Notes: generated by a model from the letters alone, not told the origin. A DNA stretch of 64,000 bases from Octopus vulgaris (GCA_951406725.2 OX597823.1:11470001-11534000); one strand, 5' to 3'. Counted from the stretch's first letter, positions 37,570 through 52,125 are shown. Numbers and translations are program-made.

Positions 37570-38178
37570 AACAAATATCGTTTACATTAAAGTTAATGGT
37601 GGGGTGAAGGTTAGGATGGTTCTTGTTGTGACAGTGATCATAGAATGACAGATAAACTGATGGTAGTTTATTTTTATTACTTTCTTTCCTTTGATTTTAT
37701 CTACAAAAGTGTTGTTTCCTTTTCCTTCTGTTACAGTAATTTAGCTTTGTCCTTCAGTTTCTCTTCTATTCTTGGCTAATGAGAAGGAAGAAATGTCTCA
37801 GGTGAAACCAGTATGTTCTCGCTTGCTTAAAGTCTGTTGAATGTCTTGCAGCAGGAATTTTTATTAAAAGGATTTGTACAGATAGTCTTTTTTTGACTGG
37901 TTCAGTGATTTAACTCTGGCCATACTGGTTGGTCTACCATCTTTAAGAAATTTAGAGAATTAATATCAGTCTGAGGACCCTGTTTGGTACTGATTTTATC
38001 TGTCTGTTTCCTCAATTGCTGACCCCATTTCATGATCGAATAACAGACAGAAATTGTGCAAATAAATACCCATAACTGAATAAAAGGTGGGTCTTTCTTT
38101 AATGCATCTAAATTTCACCTTTCATCTCCTCAAGCAGTAATGATATAATCTGTTCCACATGGAGTACTTTTTCTTGTT

Positions 38179-38418
38179 GTGGAGGCGCAATGGCCCAGTG
38201 GTTAGGGCAGCGGACTCGCTGTCGTAGGATCGCGGTTTCGATTCCCAGACCGGGCGTTGTGAGTGTTTATTGAGCGAAAACACCTAAAAGCTCCACGAGA
38301 CTCCGGCAGGGGATGGTGGTGATCCCTGCTGTACTCTTTCACCACAACTTTCTCTCACTCTTACTTCCTGTTTCTGTGGTACCTATATTTCAAAGGGCCG
38401 GCCTTGTCACTCTCTGTG
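38179..38418 (+). mobile_element. SINE family B, 3'-truncated
   Basis: Head and body nearly identical to 59489 up to CACTCTCTGTG; tail missing. Confidence 0.85.
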
Positions 38419-39945
38419 GCACAGAAGCTATTTTAGTTTTAAATTCATCTTACAAATCGAAATCACATAAACTTTATTGTTTCACAAATTATTATCAATT
38501 AGTAAAATCGTTAAAAATATAAAGTCATTGAAAGCTGTATGATAAACTGCAATGATGCCAAAAGGTCCTTGATGAGTAGAACTAAGTTAGTAACAAAATC
38601 AACTAGTTAAAATCATCAGTCAGAAAAAGTCCACTATTTACTCAACTGTCACACAGGTTAGAATGGCATTGTAGAAAAGGGAATTGAAGTTTAAAGGATG
38701 AGGGGACAAATAAATCATTTTCTATCTGTTTTCTACACTGACCTGTGTTCAGTGGTTTGACAGGGTCTGACGAACTTTGCATATGAAATCATTGTTTAGC
38801 TACAGGTCAGCCCTTATCAGTGCCATTTTGGTACTGACCATCTCCTCTTTTATTTCAGGTACAGCATATCTGGCTCCACCTTGTCCAATCTGTCCTTTCT
38901 TCTTTTAAATGGTAGTCTCTACTTTGGGAAAGATTTGAGATTTCATTGCTTTCTTTCTAGCAAGTTGAGCTCCTCTGTACAGGTTCCCTTATTGAATCCT
39001 GGTAGCATAGAGTTTTATGTTGTGCTGAAATATGCTATCAAATGCTATTGAATCACATATTTAGAAGTAAAACAACTGTCTATATTTTACACTTGTTATG
39101 GCGAACATATTTATTAGATCAAGTGATCATGTACAGGCTTCCTTAATGGCTTGTGCTTTATTGAAAATGTGGAAATTTATGTACATTAAGACCAGGCTAG
39201 CATAAGAAGCCTGTGAGAATGACAATGAACATCTCACTTCTATTAAATACACTCAAACAGCTCATTATGAGAATAACTATACTTCTTTTGAAGTGTTAGA
39301 AAGCAGCTTTTGGTTGTTCTGTGTCCCCTTCTTAGCAAGTGACATGGAAATAATAATATTGTATTGGTAACATTCTATGGGGTTCTTTTTATTTGTTGGA
39401 TAAGAATGAGTTTTGTTTTCCTAATCTTTCCATTTGTTTTACAATTGTTTTTTCCATTCGTGTACTGGTTAGACAGAAATATTATTGAAACAGTTTTTTT
39501 TTATAGGCAGGTGCCCTTCCTGTCATTACCCCCACCAATTTTTTTTTTTTTTTTTTTTGCAAGTCAGTTATATTTTTACTCTATACATCTTTGAAATTAC
39601 AAAATCAGTGGACAACCCACATGCAAGGGGAATGACAACAAAGTCACTGGGTGTAGCTGAGCCAATTTTCAAACAAATGCAAATGTAAACACTCATAAGG
39701 CTTTGGTCAGCTCATGGTTAGAGTAGAAAATACGCCAAAGGTGCTCAGCAGTGGGCCTGAACCCGTGTGGTTAGGAAATGAACCTTTTCATCACACAGCT
39801 ATGTTGGAGAATGGGTCTATCTAATAAATTTCTGATCAAGCACTCCTACAATCAAGGATGTTCCAGTTATAGCCATCCTTCGTTTTATTCAGGTATACTG
39901 TGAAATGATGATTATTTATTCATTTCAAAATAAAAATAACTAAAA

Positions 39946-40407
39946 AGGTGCAGGAGTAGCTGTGTGGTAAGTAGCTTGCTTACCAACCACATGGTTCCGG
40001 GTTCAGTCCCACTGCGTGGCATCTTGGGCAAGTGTGTCTTCTGCTATAGCCTCAGGCTGACCAATGCCTTGTGAGTGGATTTGGTAGATGGAAACTGAAA
40101 GAAGCCCGTCGTATATATATATAGATATATATATTTATATATATATATATATATGTGTGTATGTGTGTATATATGTTTGTGTGTCTGTGTTTGTTCCCCT
40201 AGCATTGCTTGACAACCGATGCTGGTGTGTTTACGTCCCCGTCACTTAGCGGTTCGGGAAAAGAGACCGATAGAATAAGTACTGGGCTTACAAAAAAGAA
40301 TAAGTCCCGGGGTCGATTTGCTCGACTAAAGGCGGTGCTCCAGCATGGCCGCAGTCAAATGACTGAAACAATTAAAAAAGAGTAAAAAAAAAAAAAGAGA
40401 AAAAGAG
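39946..40407 (+). mobile_element. SINE family A, full length
   Basis: Complete head, microsatellite core and A-rich tail. Confidence 0.9.
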
Positions 40408-40585
40408 TGTGTAATGAGCCTCCATACTGTTTGTAACAGAATGAGTTGTGACCATGGAGGAAGGAATTTCTGTACAGCTTGTAGCATTTTCTGCATGTGC
40501 AACATGTAATGCATGTCTAAAATACAGAAACGAATGCAAATAACAAATGCAATATCTATACTGTACAAGGTACACTGAACATTGC

Positions 40586-40943
40586 TTACTCTCTTTTACT
40601 CTTTTACTTGTTTCAGTCATTTGACTGCGGCCATGCTGGAGCACCGCCTTTAATCGAGCAACTCGACCCCGGGACTTATTCTTTGTAAGCCCAGTACTTA
40701 TTCTATCGGTCTCTTTTGCCGAACTGCTAAGTGACAGGGACGTAAACACACCAGCATCGGTTGTCAAGCAATGCTAGGGGGACAAACACAAACATACACG
40801 CACACATATATATATACATATATATGATGGGCTTCTTTCAGTTTCCGTCTACCAAATCCACTCACAAGGCTTATGTCGGCCCGAGGCTATAGTAGAAGAC
40901 ACTTGCCCAAGGTGCCACGCAGTGGGACTGAACCCGGAACCAT
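40586..40943 (-). mobile_element. SINE family A, lacking the extreme 5' end
   Basis: Reverse-complement match that stops between the B box and the A box. Confidence 0.88.
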
Positions 40944-40949
40944 AGCTTC

Positions 40950-41232
40950 TTAGCAATGTAACAGGCATTCGTTGTTTTTGGTGTATATGCAGACATAGTC
41001 ACCCCTTGGTCTCCCTCCCCGTGACCCAATGGTACATCCAGGATGTCATAGTCAGAGGAAGAGAGACTTGCACCAGTACTTGGTAGGTATTCATTTGCAG
41101 CTGAGTAGATTGGAGCATTACGAAATGATATGCCTTGCACAAGGGCATGATGTACTGCCTGGTCTAGCAATTGAACCCTCAAACTTTTGATCATAGATTA
41201 AATGCCTTAACCACTAGGCCATGCACTTTCAC
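40950..41232 (-). mobile_element. Old CORE-like tRNA-derived SINE
   Basis: Minus strand TGGCCTAGTGGTTAAGG (A box), GGTTCAATT (B box), CCCTTGTGCAAGGCAT...CTCAGCTGCAAATGAATACC. Confidence 0.55.
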
Positions 41233-42687
41233 AATTCCATTTTATGAGAGCCTGCTGGAAAGAAGGTGCATGCATGCTATATGTACTCTACTTGAATTGT
41301 AAGGTTTTGATTGCTCTAGTTTAAAGTTCTAGGAGTTGTTTCATTATTCAAGGAGGTAGAATTGTGCAAAGTGTGAAGCTTGTGTTTCTGTGATCAGAGG
41401 AAGAGGACAGGGAAGGGAATCATAGAGGGTGGTAGCTCTCATAGGAAATTATTCATGCAATGCTTGACTTCCTATTAAAGTAGAGAGACTTGAGACAACT
41501 GTTGAACTGCAGTGAGAGAGAGAGAGAGAGAGAGAGAAGGTGGCGGTGGTGGTGGGGGTGCAATAAGTAGGTTCTAGAGAAAGCAGGGGTCAGACACTGC
41601 AAATTCTTAAGAACTGATTTGATTGTGATCGAGGTTGAATAGTTGAGGTTGAATATTGTGAATTGTCAAAGCTACTTATATTTGAACTGATAGAATTGAA
41701 GATAGAATTGATGCGGAGGGATAGAGAACTGTGTTATCTACGTAGGAATTCTTCTATCATTTTACTAGTTTCACTTGTTGGACTGCAGCTGTGTTGTGCA
41801 ACTGTCTTCAGGGTTTTAGTCGTAGGGTTAGGAACCCTTCACTTGTAGGTGATATTTTACCTATATGCAAATTTGAAACTACATTTTGGTGAAAATGGTA
41901 ACAATAAAAGAGAAAAAAAATAAACAAAAACATCGTTTACTCTTTAAAAAAAAAAATTTTTATATAAGTCACATATTTAGGTATTAATTTTTTTTTCTCA
42001 GTATAGATACACCCTAAAAGATTCTTATTCGCTTGCGGTTCAGCTTTAGTAGTATAATGGTTCCACCACGCCACACCCCAGCCTTGATTTAATGGATTGT
42101 TTGATCCTGGTACTGTCTTGTATTTATATTATTTACCTCAGAAACAAGAAAAGTAGGATTTGAACTCAGAATGTTAAAGGATGTAACTAAATAACACAAA
42201 GTCTTTACCTGGCACCTCTACTTACTCTGCCCGTTCACAGTGTATAATACTGTCTATTCTACTGATTTTCTCTATGGGCAAGGTTATTGGTGATTAATAG
42301 AAGGTCATTGATGAAAAGAATTGAGGAGATGACATCTGTTTGGGGACCACCAAATAGATAGAATGAAGGGAATTGTGATGAATACTGTCTGAAGAAGCCT
42401 CACATACACACTAGTTTTCCTACTACATTTTACATTATTATTTCACTTCAAATATTGATTTCTCTCAGACACAGTGATTCAGATTTATCACACACCTACA
42501 CGCATATACGTACAAGAATTACGTTGTTATGACATTCATACCTCTCTCAAGAACAATGAGATGATATGTTTTAAAATCTTATTCCCTATCAATTTTAAGC
42601 TACATAGTAAGATAACACCCAAATAGCCTAGTCAAAGAACTTTTCGTTGGTCACTGTTTCCATCTCTTCTTTTAGAATGAATGGATA

Positions 42688-42725
<38 letters not shown>

Positions 42726-43711
42726 CATTATTAATAATAATAATAATCTTAAAATGCAAATAGATTAATGTTGACTAACTCCCTGCTAGCCCTAACTGAA
42801 GAGTCCCTACTTCAGCCATGGATGTTTTTCTCTTTCCCTTTTTTCCCCCTTTTTTTTTTAGATACAATATATAGAACTTCATTATATCCAAAGAGTCTTT
42901 CCTATCATGTTTTAAAAGAATGTATTTTCTTTTTTAAATCGGTGAAGTATGATTTAAGAGATATTTGGTTACTACTTCTAGCATGTTAAGAAATCATGTA
43001 GAGAATCCCCCATTGGAATGTAAATACATTTTTGCTAAGGTGTCAGTCATTGGATTATTCTAGGGTGGTAGGGAAGGAATTGTCGACGACGTGAATGTTT
43101 ATTGAGATATTCTGCTGCCGTCAATAACAGGTGATAAAATGTAGTTGTTTGAGAATGGTCATTGTGAGACAAGGTGGTGGTGGCCGTGGCAGGCAAGATG
43201 GAAGGGGTATTAATTTGAGCATAATGCTTTAATTAACATTTTAGCCTTTTATTATTTTCATTTTAAAGTAAATAGTGTATTGAAAGATGATCAATACAAG
43301 AAAGAAATTATATTTTAGTTTGTGCGTGTGTGTGTGTGGTTGTGTGTGTGTGTGTATTCGTGCAGTGAGTGAGTATGTATGTGTGTGTGTAGCAAGATAT
43401 TAGTATAAAATCTATCGAAAGCAGCCATTTAATAATAATAATAATAATGTATAAAGAGTTTCACTGGCAGTTGTTAACATTGTTTCATGTCCTGAAGCAC
43501 ATTCTCCTGATATCTCTTAAGAATATATTAAGCCTGTAGAACCACATAGTAACTGCTATGCAAATATGTTTACACACACACACACAGAGTGAGAGATCTT
43601 TCTATGATATATATATATGTAAAATTGATATGCATACAACTGCAGTTTAAATATTGTAAAATGAATACTATTGTTTTTGTTATAGTAAATTAGTAAATGC
43701 TATGTGAATAC

Positions 43712-43750
<39 letters not shown>

Positions 43751-44323
43751 GCGTGTATATGTACATGTAGAGGTAGGTACGTACATATATGTTTATATAT
43801 ATGCATATGTTTTATTTTATTTATTAATATATATATATATAGATATAGATATATATATAGATATATATACACACATACATACACACATATGAAAGAGAGA
43901 TGCATGATAATGGCGATATGAAATTGTTTCACACACACACACACTCACCTCTTGAAGATAATAAAATAAATATTATCATTATTATATTCACTCCAGTTGA
44001 TCTTTTTATTGTTACTAGAATCATTTAGTTTTGGTATGGTTTGGTATGGTATGGTTTGGTTTGGTTTGAGAGTTTATTTCAAGTCTTTATTGCTTCACTA
44101 CCACGTATTGGCTGCTGTTAAATGGAGCGGTGTTTGGTAAGACATGGGTTAGCAGGGTGGTGGTGGGGGGGGGGAAAGGAACGGGGAGAATATTTAAAAT
44201 ATGAAAATATCATCCTACTTTATGGAACATTAGATATATTACAGGTTGCTTTTGCACACAGCCAAGTTTTCCACTGATTGGTCACACCATTAAAGACAGA
44301 AGAATCACATCTTATTTTGTTCT

Positions 44324-44361
<38 letters not shown>

Positions 44362-44635
44362 ATTCATTTTTCTATATTTCTTTTTTCTTCCATTTATTTA
44401 TTATTAAAATAATTTTCACTTATCTATTCATATTGGTTTAGTCTTCCCGCTACTTTATTACAGAGGAAAAAATTACAGCATTTGTAATGATTATTATTAT
44501 TATTATGATGATGATGATGATGATGATTATCATCATTATTATTATAAGGCTAATAATAATAATATTAAAATGAATGTGCTATGAAGACATGCTACAAAGT
44601 TGTGAATGTCATCTTTATTTGACCTCTCTCTCCCT

Positions 44636-44967
44636 GTGTGTGTGTGTGTGTGTGTGTATACACATACATACATATATATACATACACATACTCGTATATA
44701 TGAATACGTATACACGTATATATGCATACACATACATGTATATTTGCATACACATGTATATATACATACACATACTTATATACACACATACATACATGTG
44801 TATGTATTTGTGTGTATATATACATATATATACACACACATACATACATATACATACATGCATATATATTTATATATATACACATATATATATACACATA
44901 TATACATATGCATATATATATGTATATATATATATACACATATATATATACACATATATACATATGC

Positions 44968-45000
<33 letters not shown>

Positions 45001-45019
45001 CGCATATATACATATATAT

Positions 45020-45069
<50 letters not shown>

Positions 45070-45120
45070 GATACATACATACACATACATACATAGATGT
45101 GTACACTCACACACACACAC
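44636..45120. repeat. Compound (TA)/(CA)/(TACA) microsatellite
   Basis: Direct inspection; the source of many spurious ORFs. Confidence 0.95.
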
Positions 45121-45779
45121 AGTTTTATATATTCAAACATCCTCTTTTCCTTCTGAGCCAGTTTTTCTTCCCCGATCTCCAACCTCTACTATTAATCAGA
45201 CTTGATCTGATTTTTATATCGACCACCTCTACACCACTCCACATAGACACACAACCCTTAATATTCTACTGTGTGTACGAGAGAGAGATATAATGGTTTG
45301 TAAATATGATGATTAATGGTTATATTGGGCCATTATCAACTTTCTCTTTGTTATGATTTATGTTTTTTGGAAATTAGTGTTAGGCGAGATGAAGAACATT
45401 TGCATTATTCCATTCTGCTTTGCATATACATATACATACATACGTACATACATGTATACATACATACTAGTCCTATGGAACTAGAAAGGGGAGTTAAGTG
45501 CTATTGTGGGTTTTAATATCCTGTTTCCTGGTGGAAACAATACCAGCAAATAGAAGATTTATCATATATTATTAATGTGACATTTAAGCTATTTAGTTTT
45601 AGGCAAGAATTATAATGGACAGTGGATGGAAATTAATTTTCTAAAACTGTAAATTTTTAGTTTAGTTTTCAACTTGAGGGTTTTGGTTAGAGAGTTCTTA
45701 CACAAAACCTACTACAGAAATTCAGTATTGATTTTTTTCTATGTTGAGTGAAGAAGTTAAGTTACTATGGTGACAGTTT

Positions 45780-45824
<45 letters not shown>

Positions 45825-46092
45825 GAAGGCTGGATGGGTGATTGTAGCTTATTTGGAATACATGTGTGTGAAGATTGAGTATTGGATATGGAGGCAATGA
45901 AGAGAGAAGTGGCAAGGAAGAATAAAAGAAGAGCATTACTAATAAAGAGCTTCCACAGATAGTAGTTATAATAAAGCCTTCCAATATTGGTCGTTGTGTG
46001 TGCTAGCTATCAATGCAGTAAGCTCCACATACTTGGAAAGAGGGTGGCGGAGGGGAGGAGGAACCACTATGTGCTTCTTCATCTTCATTGCT

Positions 46093-46135
<43 letters not shown>

Positions 46136-47718
46136 CATTCATTGTATTTATTATTGTATCTTTCATCCCCCCCAGTTCCTAGTTTCTTCTCTCTTGCACA
46201 CTAATTATCTTCTTAAGTGTTTCATGTCACTTTTTTTACTGGCTACACTGTACCTAATTTTTTTTTTTTTTCTGTCGTTTCTATCATTCATTCATTTTTT
46301 TTTTTTCTGTTTTTATTTTTTTATGTTGGAGTTGGGTGGTATCATCATGTGGTATTTAATTTTATTTCATACATTGATACCCTTTTATCATATAGAAATG
46401 AAATCAAAGATGGAGTCCAAATAAACAGAATTATCATCTTCTCTTGTTTTTAAGTAAATTGGTAGATAAGTAGCTATATTGATAGACTACACACAGTAAA
46501 TACTGGGGGTTGTTTGTTGAAAGAAAAAAAAAAGGAATTATTTACTTTTTAATTTTCATTTTTGAAATGAATTCTTCTAAGAGTAATAATTATTTTAGTT
46601 AATATTAATCTTAACCTATAAACTAAGATGTGTATATGCTTGTATATAACCAGTTCTGTTTCTTCAACGACAGATAAATATTAAGGCATTGATTGATTGA
46701 TCTCGTAGTAGTATGTTACTACTATTTAGTTTCGGTGAATACTTAATCCTATTTCCAGAAGTGTGTTATAATAAAATATTTGAAGTGATTATAGTGGAAA
46801 CCAATAGATTCTTAAAATCATACATTTTTACTAGCTTTATTTATATACCTCATGTTGTTGTAAATAAATGATCGTTGCCAAGTTTTCTCTGGGAATTCTA
46901 GCTGCGTGTATAGATAGTGCTACTAAAATTGCTTTAACTTCATCAATTTGAGCAGGGAGGTATTTTGGTTGAAATGCACTCCATGGAAGCAGCATCAAAA
47001 TAAATTATCTGTGAATACATTATCCAATGTAGATGTTGTATGTTGTAGTATTGTATATTGATTTTTTTTTTTTATTAATATATTATCTAGGGATATATGC
47101 GTTTTATATATTGTTTCTATAGGAAAAAAATTGTTTTAATTTTTCTATCTATATTTGCTTGTTTATATTTTTTTCCAAATTAAGGATAGATATTGTTCTA
47201 TTAAACAGCTTCCTTTAGTTGGGAAATAGTAATTAATGCAATATCTAATTAGAAGCAGTTTGTTATTGGCTAATCGGAATTGATATTACTTCACAATTTT
47301 GCCAAAAATTGTATGTAAATTCTACGTTATTGCATTCTGAAGGATTATTTTTTTCATCCCCTTTATTAAGGAGTACAAAATTAAAAATTGATCTCCATTG
47401 AAATGATAATTTAATAATGAAATTAGTTAATGAACAGAATAAAGATTTATTTGTTAAAATAAACCCTAAAATTATTGATATTTTATTCTTAGGGATTTTT
47501 ATTTTAGAAAACTCATCTTTATCATATTTACTTTATAATTAATTTACCTAATCACTCGGTACACATTTTATTTTTTTCTATTAAACTGGCAAGTAAATTA
47601 AGTCTTTGGTTTCAACTTTTCTGTTCATTTAATTTTTGTCCTTTTTGTAGTAAACTATATTATTCTGTACCATATCAGACCGAAATGATCAAACCACTGA
47701 TAGAAACCATTGAAAGTA

Positions 47719-47935
47719 CTCTCTCTCTTTTTTCTCTTTTACTTGTTTCAGTCATTTGACTGCGGCCATGCTGGAGCACCGCCTTTTGTCGAGCAAATCG
47801 ACCCCGGGACTTATTCTTTGTAAGCCCAGTACTTATTCTATCGGTCTCTTTTGCAGAACCGCTAAGTGATGGGGATGTAAACACACCAGCATCGGTTGTC
47901 AAGCAATGCTAGGGGGACAAACACAGACACACATG

Positions 47936-47977
<42 letters not shown>

Positions 47978-48143
47978 TACGACAAGCTTCTTTCAGTTTC
48001 TGTCTACCAAATCCACTCACAAAGCATTGGTCGGCCCGGGGCTATAGCAGAAGACACTTGCCCAAGATGCCACGCAGTGGGACTGAACCCGGAACCATGT
48101 GGTTGGTTAGCAAGCTACTTACCACACAACCACTCCTGCGCCT
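47719..48143 (-). mobile_element. SINE family A, full length with 6-bp TSD
   Basis: AAAGTA at 47713-47718 and 48144-48149. Confidence 0.9.
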
Positions 48144-50670
48144 AAAGTAGGATCAGTTTTATGGGAATTTTGTTATATGTTGTCCCCATCATCATTATCA
48201 TAACATCCACTTTCCTTAGCTGTTGTGGATAAGCCAACAAACTGCATTTCAAAATTCTTACCTTTTTGTTGATGTATGAGGCAATAGCAACCTGTTTTTC
48301 GTATGTTGACATATGACCTTCTTATGGCATAGATTATATGCAATTGCATATGAGCAATCGAGAAACATCCAAGTGATATCTGTTAACTTATGGGGGATTT
48401 CTGAAATAAACCAAAATACAACTATTCAAATGAAAAGTGTTAACGTTCAGAGGCAATGCATGTTGAAAGTTTAGTAAATCGAACTGAAAAAGTAGAAGGA
48501 TTAAAAATAAACATATTTTAATTTAAAAACAGTTGAGCTTTTGCTCTTTAAGTCAGGGTATTAAATAGTGAATTCCAAATTGAATCATTTTAACATTAGT
48601 GTTCAAATTAGATTCTGATTTATTACTTAGAAAAATCTCATGTGAGGAATAAAGTTTAATCCCAAATTAATCTAAATTTCTGGCTAAATTGTTTTCTGAT
48701 TTTTGTTTTGCATTCTCTTAGTTGTATCCTCAGTGTAATCTTAGGTATAATCAATTAAGCACTGTATGTAGTATTACAGAAATGGCCCCTCATTGTTCAT
48801 GTGCAGTTCATTCAACAAATCTCTTCATGATTCCACAAGTCTTGACTCAAAAGACCAATTTTTATATCTGATAATTATCTTACAGTTCCCATTTTTAATT
48901 GCTGAAAAATGAAGTGATGTGAAGGGTCCTTCAAACATTCATTTGCTGTTCATTATGATCATATTTGTGCATGTTTGTGTGTGTGCATATACCTTCATTA
49001 CAGACCACTTTGTTGCAAGTACGCAGATCAGGTCTTTTCCTCTCTTCTTCCTTCTAGACCCAGAGGCCTTTAGAATGTACTACTTTTATTAAATATTGAT
49101 TTTTAATAGTCACAAGATTTGATGTTTTCGGGTATAGTCTGTTCTCCACTAGTTGTTTGGTTTGTATTTTATGAAAGAAGAATAAAAGGCAAAGCTGATG
49201 GTACTGAAGAATTGAATAGAAACTCTTGATGATTGAAGTCGGGAAAGAGAAGAAATCTTTGAGGCATAAGTGAATTAAAGCAAGTGAAGAAGGAAAGGTA
49301 CCACTGAAACTGGTTTAAAATGGTATTAAGAAGTGCCTCTGCTCACTGGTGCTAATTGAGAGGAGGAGGAGGGGAAGAAGATGGCTCAAATAGCTAAGCC
49401 AAAGAAATTTATTGAAAATCCTTTGTGAAAGGTTTCTTTGAGGAGAGCAGAAATGCAGGCAGAGATGAATGGTTAAGATATTCACTTTGTACAAATACTA
49501 AGCATTATATTCCACTTTTGCTTCAGGTTAACCAATGCCTTACGACTGAAATTTTGTAGGTGGGAACTGTGTGGAAGCCCTTTGTGTATATGCACGTGTA
49601 TATTTATAATATGATGATGTGCTTTTCTATCAATTTTGATGTATGACTATCCAGTTGTTCATATCAGCAGAACAACCGATGTATTAAATCAGTGTTTGAA
49701 CTGGGTGTATATTCCATAGATATGTGTAGCCTTAATTTAATTCTTAAGTAGAATCAGCACAGGGTCAGACCTTTGAATTACAGGTATAATCCATCTGACC
49801 AGTTTCTACAGCTTCTGTCTTTCCATTTTCACTCACAAGGCTTGGGTTGTCTGAAACCCATGTTAAAGATAAGTGACCAATATGTCATGCATTGGTATCA
49901 AAGCTAGGACCTTATTGATTCTAAAGCGTACTTTTAACTATTGAGACTCACCTGCACCTGCCACACTCACTATATGGTGATTGGTGAGTAAGATGACTTC
50001 TCTGGTGTTGGTGCCATGGAAAATGCACCTAGTACATATGGAAAGTGGTTGGCAAATAAGCAGAGAAAACATAGGTTTGTGAGGTCCTTTTCGTCCATGA
50101 ATTATCAGTACCAGAAGGAAATGCACCCAGTACACTCTGTAAAGTTGTTAGCAGTAGTACAGGATCTGGTTTTTGAAACCAAGTCAAAAAGTAATGGTGG
50201 CGTGTACAGGTATCAGTGTATGGGAGCAAAGGCTCCCAATAAGAAATAACTTGCATGTTGATAACCATTCCAACCCATGCCAGTATGAAAAGCTGGTGTA
50301 AAATAATGATTGACATGATACTAATGTGTGAATGTTTGCTTGTGCCTATGTGTGTACTCTAAATACTCAGTAGTAATTACTTTACTATATGGAGTGTAAC
50401 CTTTGTGGAGTTAGACATTCATTTAATAGAGATTGATACAATGAGTACACCATACTATATACTGCGATCAGAATAATCGATAAAATCTTTGAGTGTACAT
50501 TGAACCCATGCTAGCATGGAAAGCGGACACTAAATGATGATGATGCGTGTGTGCGCATACAGAATACAAAGGAACAGGAAATTGAAGTTTGCTCTGTTAA
50601 TATATAATTATCTATATAATTTGTGTGTGTGTATAATGTATACTGCAAATATCTTTCAGATTATATCTTA

Positions 50671-51067
50671 CTAGCAGTATCGCCCGGCGTTGCTCGGGTT
50701 TGTAAGGGAAATAACAATATAAGCATTTTTAGAGATGTAAAGTATAATAGCCATCTCAATATGGCTAACCACAAAGGGGGTGTTACTATAGCTTTTTACG
50801 TTCTGAGATTTAATAATAAATTTTTAGAGAGTTACTTCCCTTATATATGCCAAAAATGCATTAAAAATGGGAAAAATTGATGGTCAATTTTTTTTTTTAA
50901 ATCGTAGACTCATCGTAGACGCGTGCTAATACCCAGAAGGGCTCGATATGAATCACGACTATAAGATACCCAGTTTTGGTTAAACTGCACCACAAACTGT
51001 GGGAGTAGTTAGGAATCTAAATCGTAGGAGACAGACAGACACACAACCTCACTTTTATATATAAAGA
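50671..51067 (-). mobile_element. Non-autonomous Helitron (family F variant)
   Basis: Same termini and hairpin as the other two copies; different internal segment at 50736-50819. Confidence 0.85.
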
Positions 51068-51654
51068 TATGACCAGAATCATATCTTCTTTTAGAAAGCC
51101 AAAATAAATTGCTACAGCTGCCATTTTTCAGACACAATAATAATAATTGTAATCATTGTTTTTAGCAGTTCCCTTTCCATATTTGAGTGGGTCAGATGAT
51201 ATTTGTTGAGGGAGAATTTCTGTCGTTTGATTTTCTTCCTGCTGCCTATTCTCACTTCTTTCCAAGCACAGAAGTATTTTCCCCTTGTTCAGATATATTT
51301 CTTATAGCATATTGCAAACAAATGTCACCACCTGTATGATGGTGAATATCGTTTATATCTAGTACATGATGACAAGGCAAGGAAACAAACAAACATACAT
51401 ATACCTATATATGCCAGGCTTCTGTTCAGTTTCTTTCCACCAAATACTCTTACAAAGCTTTGATTGACTTGTGACTATAGTACAAAGCCCTTGTCTAAAG
51501 CTGAAATTACATAGTTGCAAAGCAACACACCCATGCTCGCACCTACATTTGAATATTCATAGGCACAGCTTAAAAGAAATACAATGTTTGCTCACTCCAT
51601 TTCTAGTCATACGCAACTGTATTTTTTTGTTTATAATGAAGCCTTTGTGTATTG

Positions 51655-52125
51655 CTCTTTTACTCTTTTACTTGTTTCAGTCATTTGACTGCGGCCATGC
51701 TGGAGCACCGCCTTTAGTCGAGCAAATCGACCCCGGGACTTATTCTTTGTAAGCCCAGTACTTATTCTATCGGTCTCTTTTGCCGGAACTGCTAAGTGAC
51801 GGGGACGTAAACACGCCAGCATCGGTTGTCAAGCAATGCTAGGGGGACAAACACAGACACACAAACATACACACACAAGCATATATATATATATATATAC
51901 ATAGACGTTTGAATTCATAAATCTTCCCTCCAAAATTTTGCCATGTGCAATACATACATATATACGACGGGCTTCTTTCAGTTTCCGTCTACCAAATCCA
52001 CTCACAAGGCATTGGTCGGCCCGGGGCTATAGCAGAAGACACTTGCCCAAGGCGCCATGCAGTGGGACTGAACCCGGAACCATGTAGTTGGTTAGCAAGC
52101 TACCTACCACACAGCCACTCCTGTG
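51655..52125 (-). mobile_element. SINE family A with internal insertion
   Basis: Family A match, with ~46 nt of non-family sequence in the central microsatellite. Confidence 0.88.

Noticed and set aside
44542-45293. Many 60-200 aa ORFs rich in Y/I/H/T/C/V (also near 12000-12800, 16400-16900, 43700 and 52600-53340)
   Set aside because: These are translations of TA/CA microsatellites, not genes.
45987-46424. 145-aa ORF with poly-His and a hydrophobic stretch
   Set aside because: It is produced by a (CAT)n microsatellite and poly-T runs.
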